A stretch of DNA of 64,000 bases from Callorhinchus milii (taxonomy: Eukaryota): positions 84,260,001-84,324,000 of the forward strand of contig NW_024704743.1 of NCBI RefSeq assembly GCF_018977255.1. The letters run 5' to 3'. Below, piece after piece: positions 62,361-64,000 of this stretch (within the stretch, counting starts at the first letter, position 1; every line of letters starts with the position of its first letter). Position numbers and translations under genes: made by a program. The notes under the pieces are model-generated. The model was not told the origin of the DNA. It made no database searches and worked only from the letters and a program-made list of their open reading frames with translations.

Positions 62361-64000
62361 ATCCTCATCCCCATATTTGTTTCCCCATCTTCTTCTTCAT
62401 CACTGCTCTCCTGCCTGCTGTTTAGTTACAGTTGAGTCATTAACTTCTGGTTTTCTCAGCTTGGATTCACTCAGCCCTTTTGTGTTGGATCCTTTGAATA
62501 TTTCGCTTCTCAGCCTCTGTGGCCTCACAGTTCTTTCATGCTGTCTGTATATTGCTCTGATTTATTTAGCTTGTTCATTTTATCTTTCCATCTCACCGTG
62601 TTTCCAGCAGCTCTCCTGCTCACATATGAGGTGGCAACATTACCGGACTTTCGTCCCTTTGTTTTAACCTCTTCATAATCTGTGTTTTTTTGTTTTACCT
62701 TCTTTGTTTGAGAATCCAGCCTGATCCTATTATAGATTTTATTTAAGACTCAAATCCCTCCCTGTGCTCCAGCCCTCAATGCTTTCCCCCTCTCTCTAAC
62801 CACCATTCATTTGTGTCTTTAATTCAGTGTTGTCACTTCTTCTCACAACTAAAATCTACACCCACTTCCTCTAACTGGAATTTTTTGTGTCCAAAATTAA
62901 CATCCTCCACTTGGGTTACCTCAGCCTCCATCTTTCCCACCCCACCATCCATTTCCTGAAGTAGATCGAGAGGTTGGTTGGCAGAGATGATTTAAATAAT
63001 AAGTAGATTGTAAACAAAAAAAACACAAACAACAAATTGCATTTATATAGTATCCTTCATGTCAGGAGGATGATCCAAGGCTGAGTGGGTTGGTTTTGGG
63101 AGAGATAGGTACCAAAGGGAGTCAAAAAAATACCATTAGCACTGAACTCCTCTATTACTAAAATAGTTACTCTCAGGAGATTCACTGGATGAGATGGAGT
63201 TTGGGATAGAGTAGATTTTACATGGTCCATGGAAGGATCGGGCTTTCTGAGAAGAATGCCTTTTCTTGCTCCATACATTTTAGTGATCTTTTCTTTTCAA
63301 TAGAACAAAGCGATGTGTTATGTGTGAGATCTAAAAACAGAACATTTATACTCTTGCATTCGATATACAGTGCCTGCCTTATCACACGACCAAAATGACT
63401 CAAAGCTCTTCACAGGATTTACTGTAAAGTGCAGTGACTGTGTATTTTTAGGCAAAATCAACGGACAATTTGCAAGCAGCAATGCCCCACAAATAAATGA
63501 TCGATTTTATCAAAATGATTGTTGGCCAGAATACTGAGAGAAGGTAAAAATTGATCAGTGGGTCAATTATTCTATTCTGGTCAAAGGTATTGAACTTGTT
63601 GGATTATCTTTAGGAAATTCAGATGTCTGAGATAAACCTTTTGTAAAACGTGGTATGGGCAGACTGAATAAAACCAAATAGGCCTTTTTATTTCTCTGGC
63701 TGATTGTATTTTTGTAATATGTTTTACTTCTAATGTAAAAATAGATGCATAAATCCTTTATATATTGTAATTTTGACTTCCTACAATTGATACAAGGCAG
63801 AATATTTGATAATTCTTGCAGAAAATCTGCCCATCATCATTACATGGATATAACCATGAAGTGATAATCTGGTCAAAGCATAGTCACTCAACAGGAATTA
63901 AAGCCAGATGTTTTCTGCAAGGTGAGCACAGTCAAAAGAAATAGAAATATTATAAATAGTAAACATAAATGGGTAGAGATGACACAACACTGTTAAAGAA

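Overview
This is eukaryotic, AT-rich, repeat-dense DNA with no prokaryotic genes, operons or CRISPR arrays. The repeats point to a cartilaginous fish, probably a holocephalan such as Callorhinchus; that assignment is from memory, not a database search. The window looks intronic or intergenic. It holds about eight copies of a young ~330 bp tRNA-headed SINE with an (ATT)n tail, many decayed Deu-domain (SacSINE1-like) SINEs, 5'-truncated L2 and CR1 LINE fragments, and a few unclassified or DNA-transposon-like repeats. The LINE fragments account for every ORF with a recognisable product (reverse transcriptase). No intact host gene is recognisable. A few stop-free minus-strand segments with canonical splice sites (1506-1759, 5430-5587, 29210-29275, 32954-32998) may be exons of an unidentified gene. 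The best second-look items are a decayed hammerhead-ribozyme-like motif in a Penelope-like remnant, a local series of SINE variants (longer old form, anticodon-loop change, tail shared with L2), an apparent templated inverted insertion, local duplications of unique sequence and CNE/enhancer-like islands. I found no convincing novel multi-gene system. Repeat boundaries were read by eye and are approximate.
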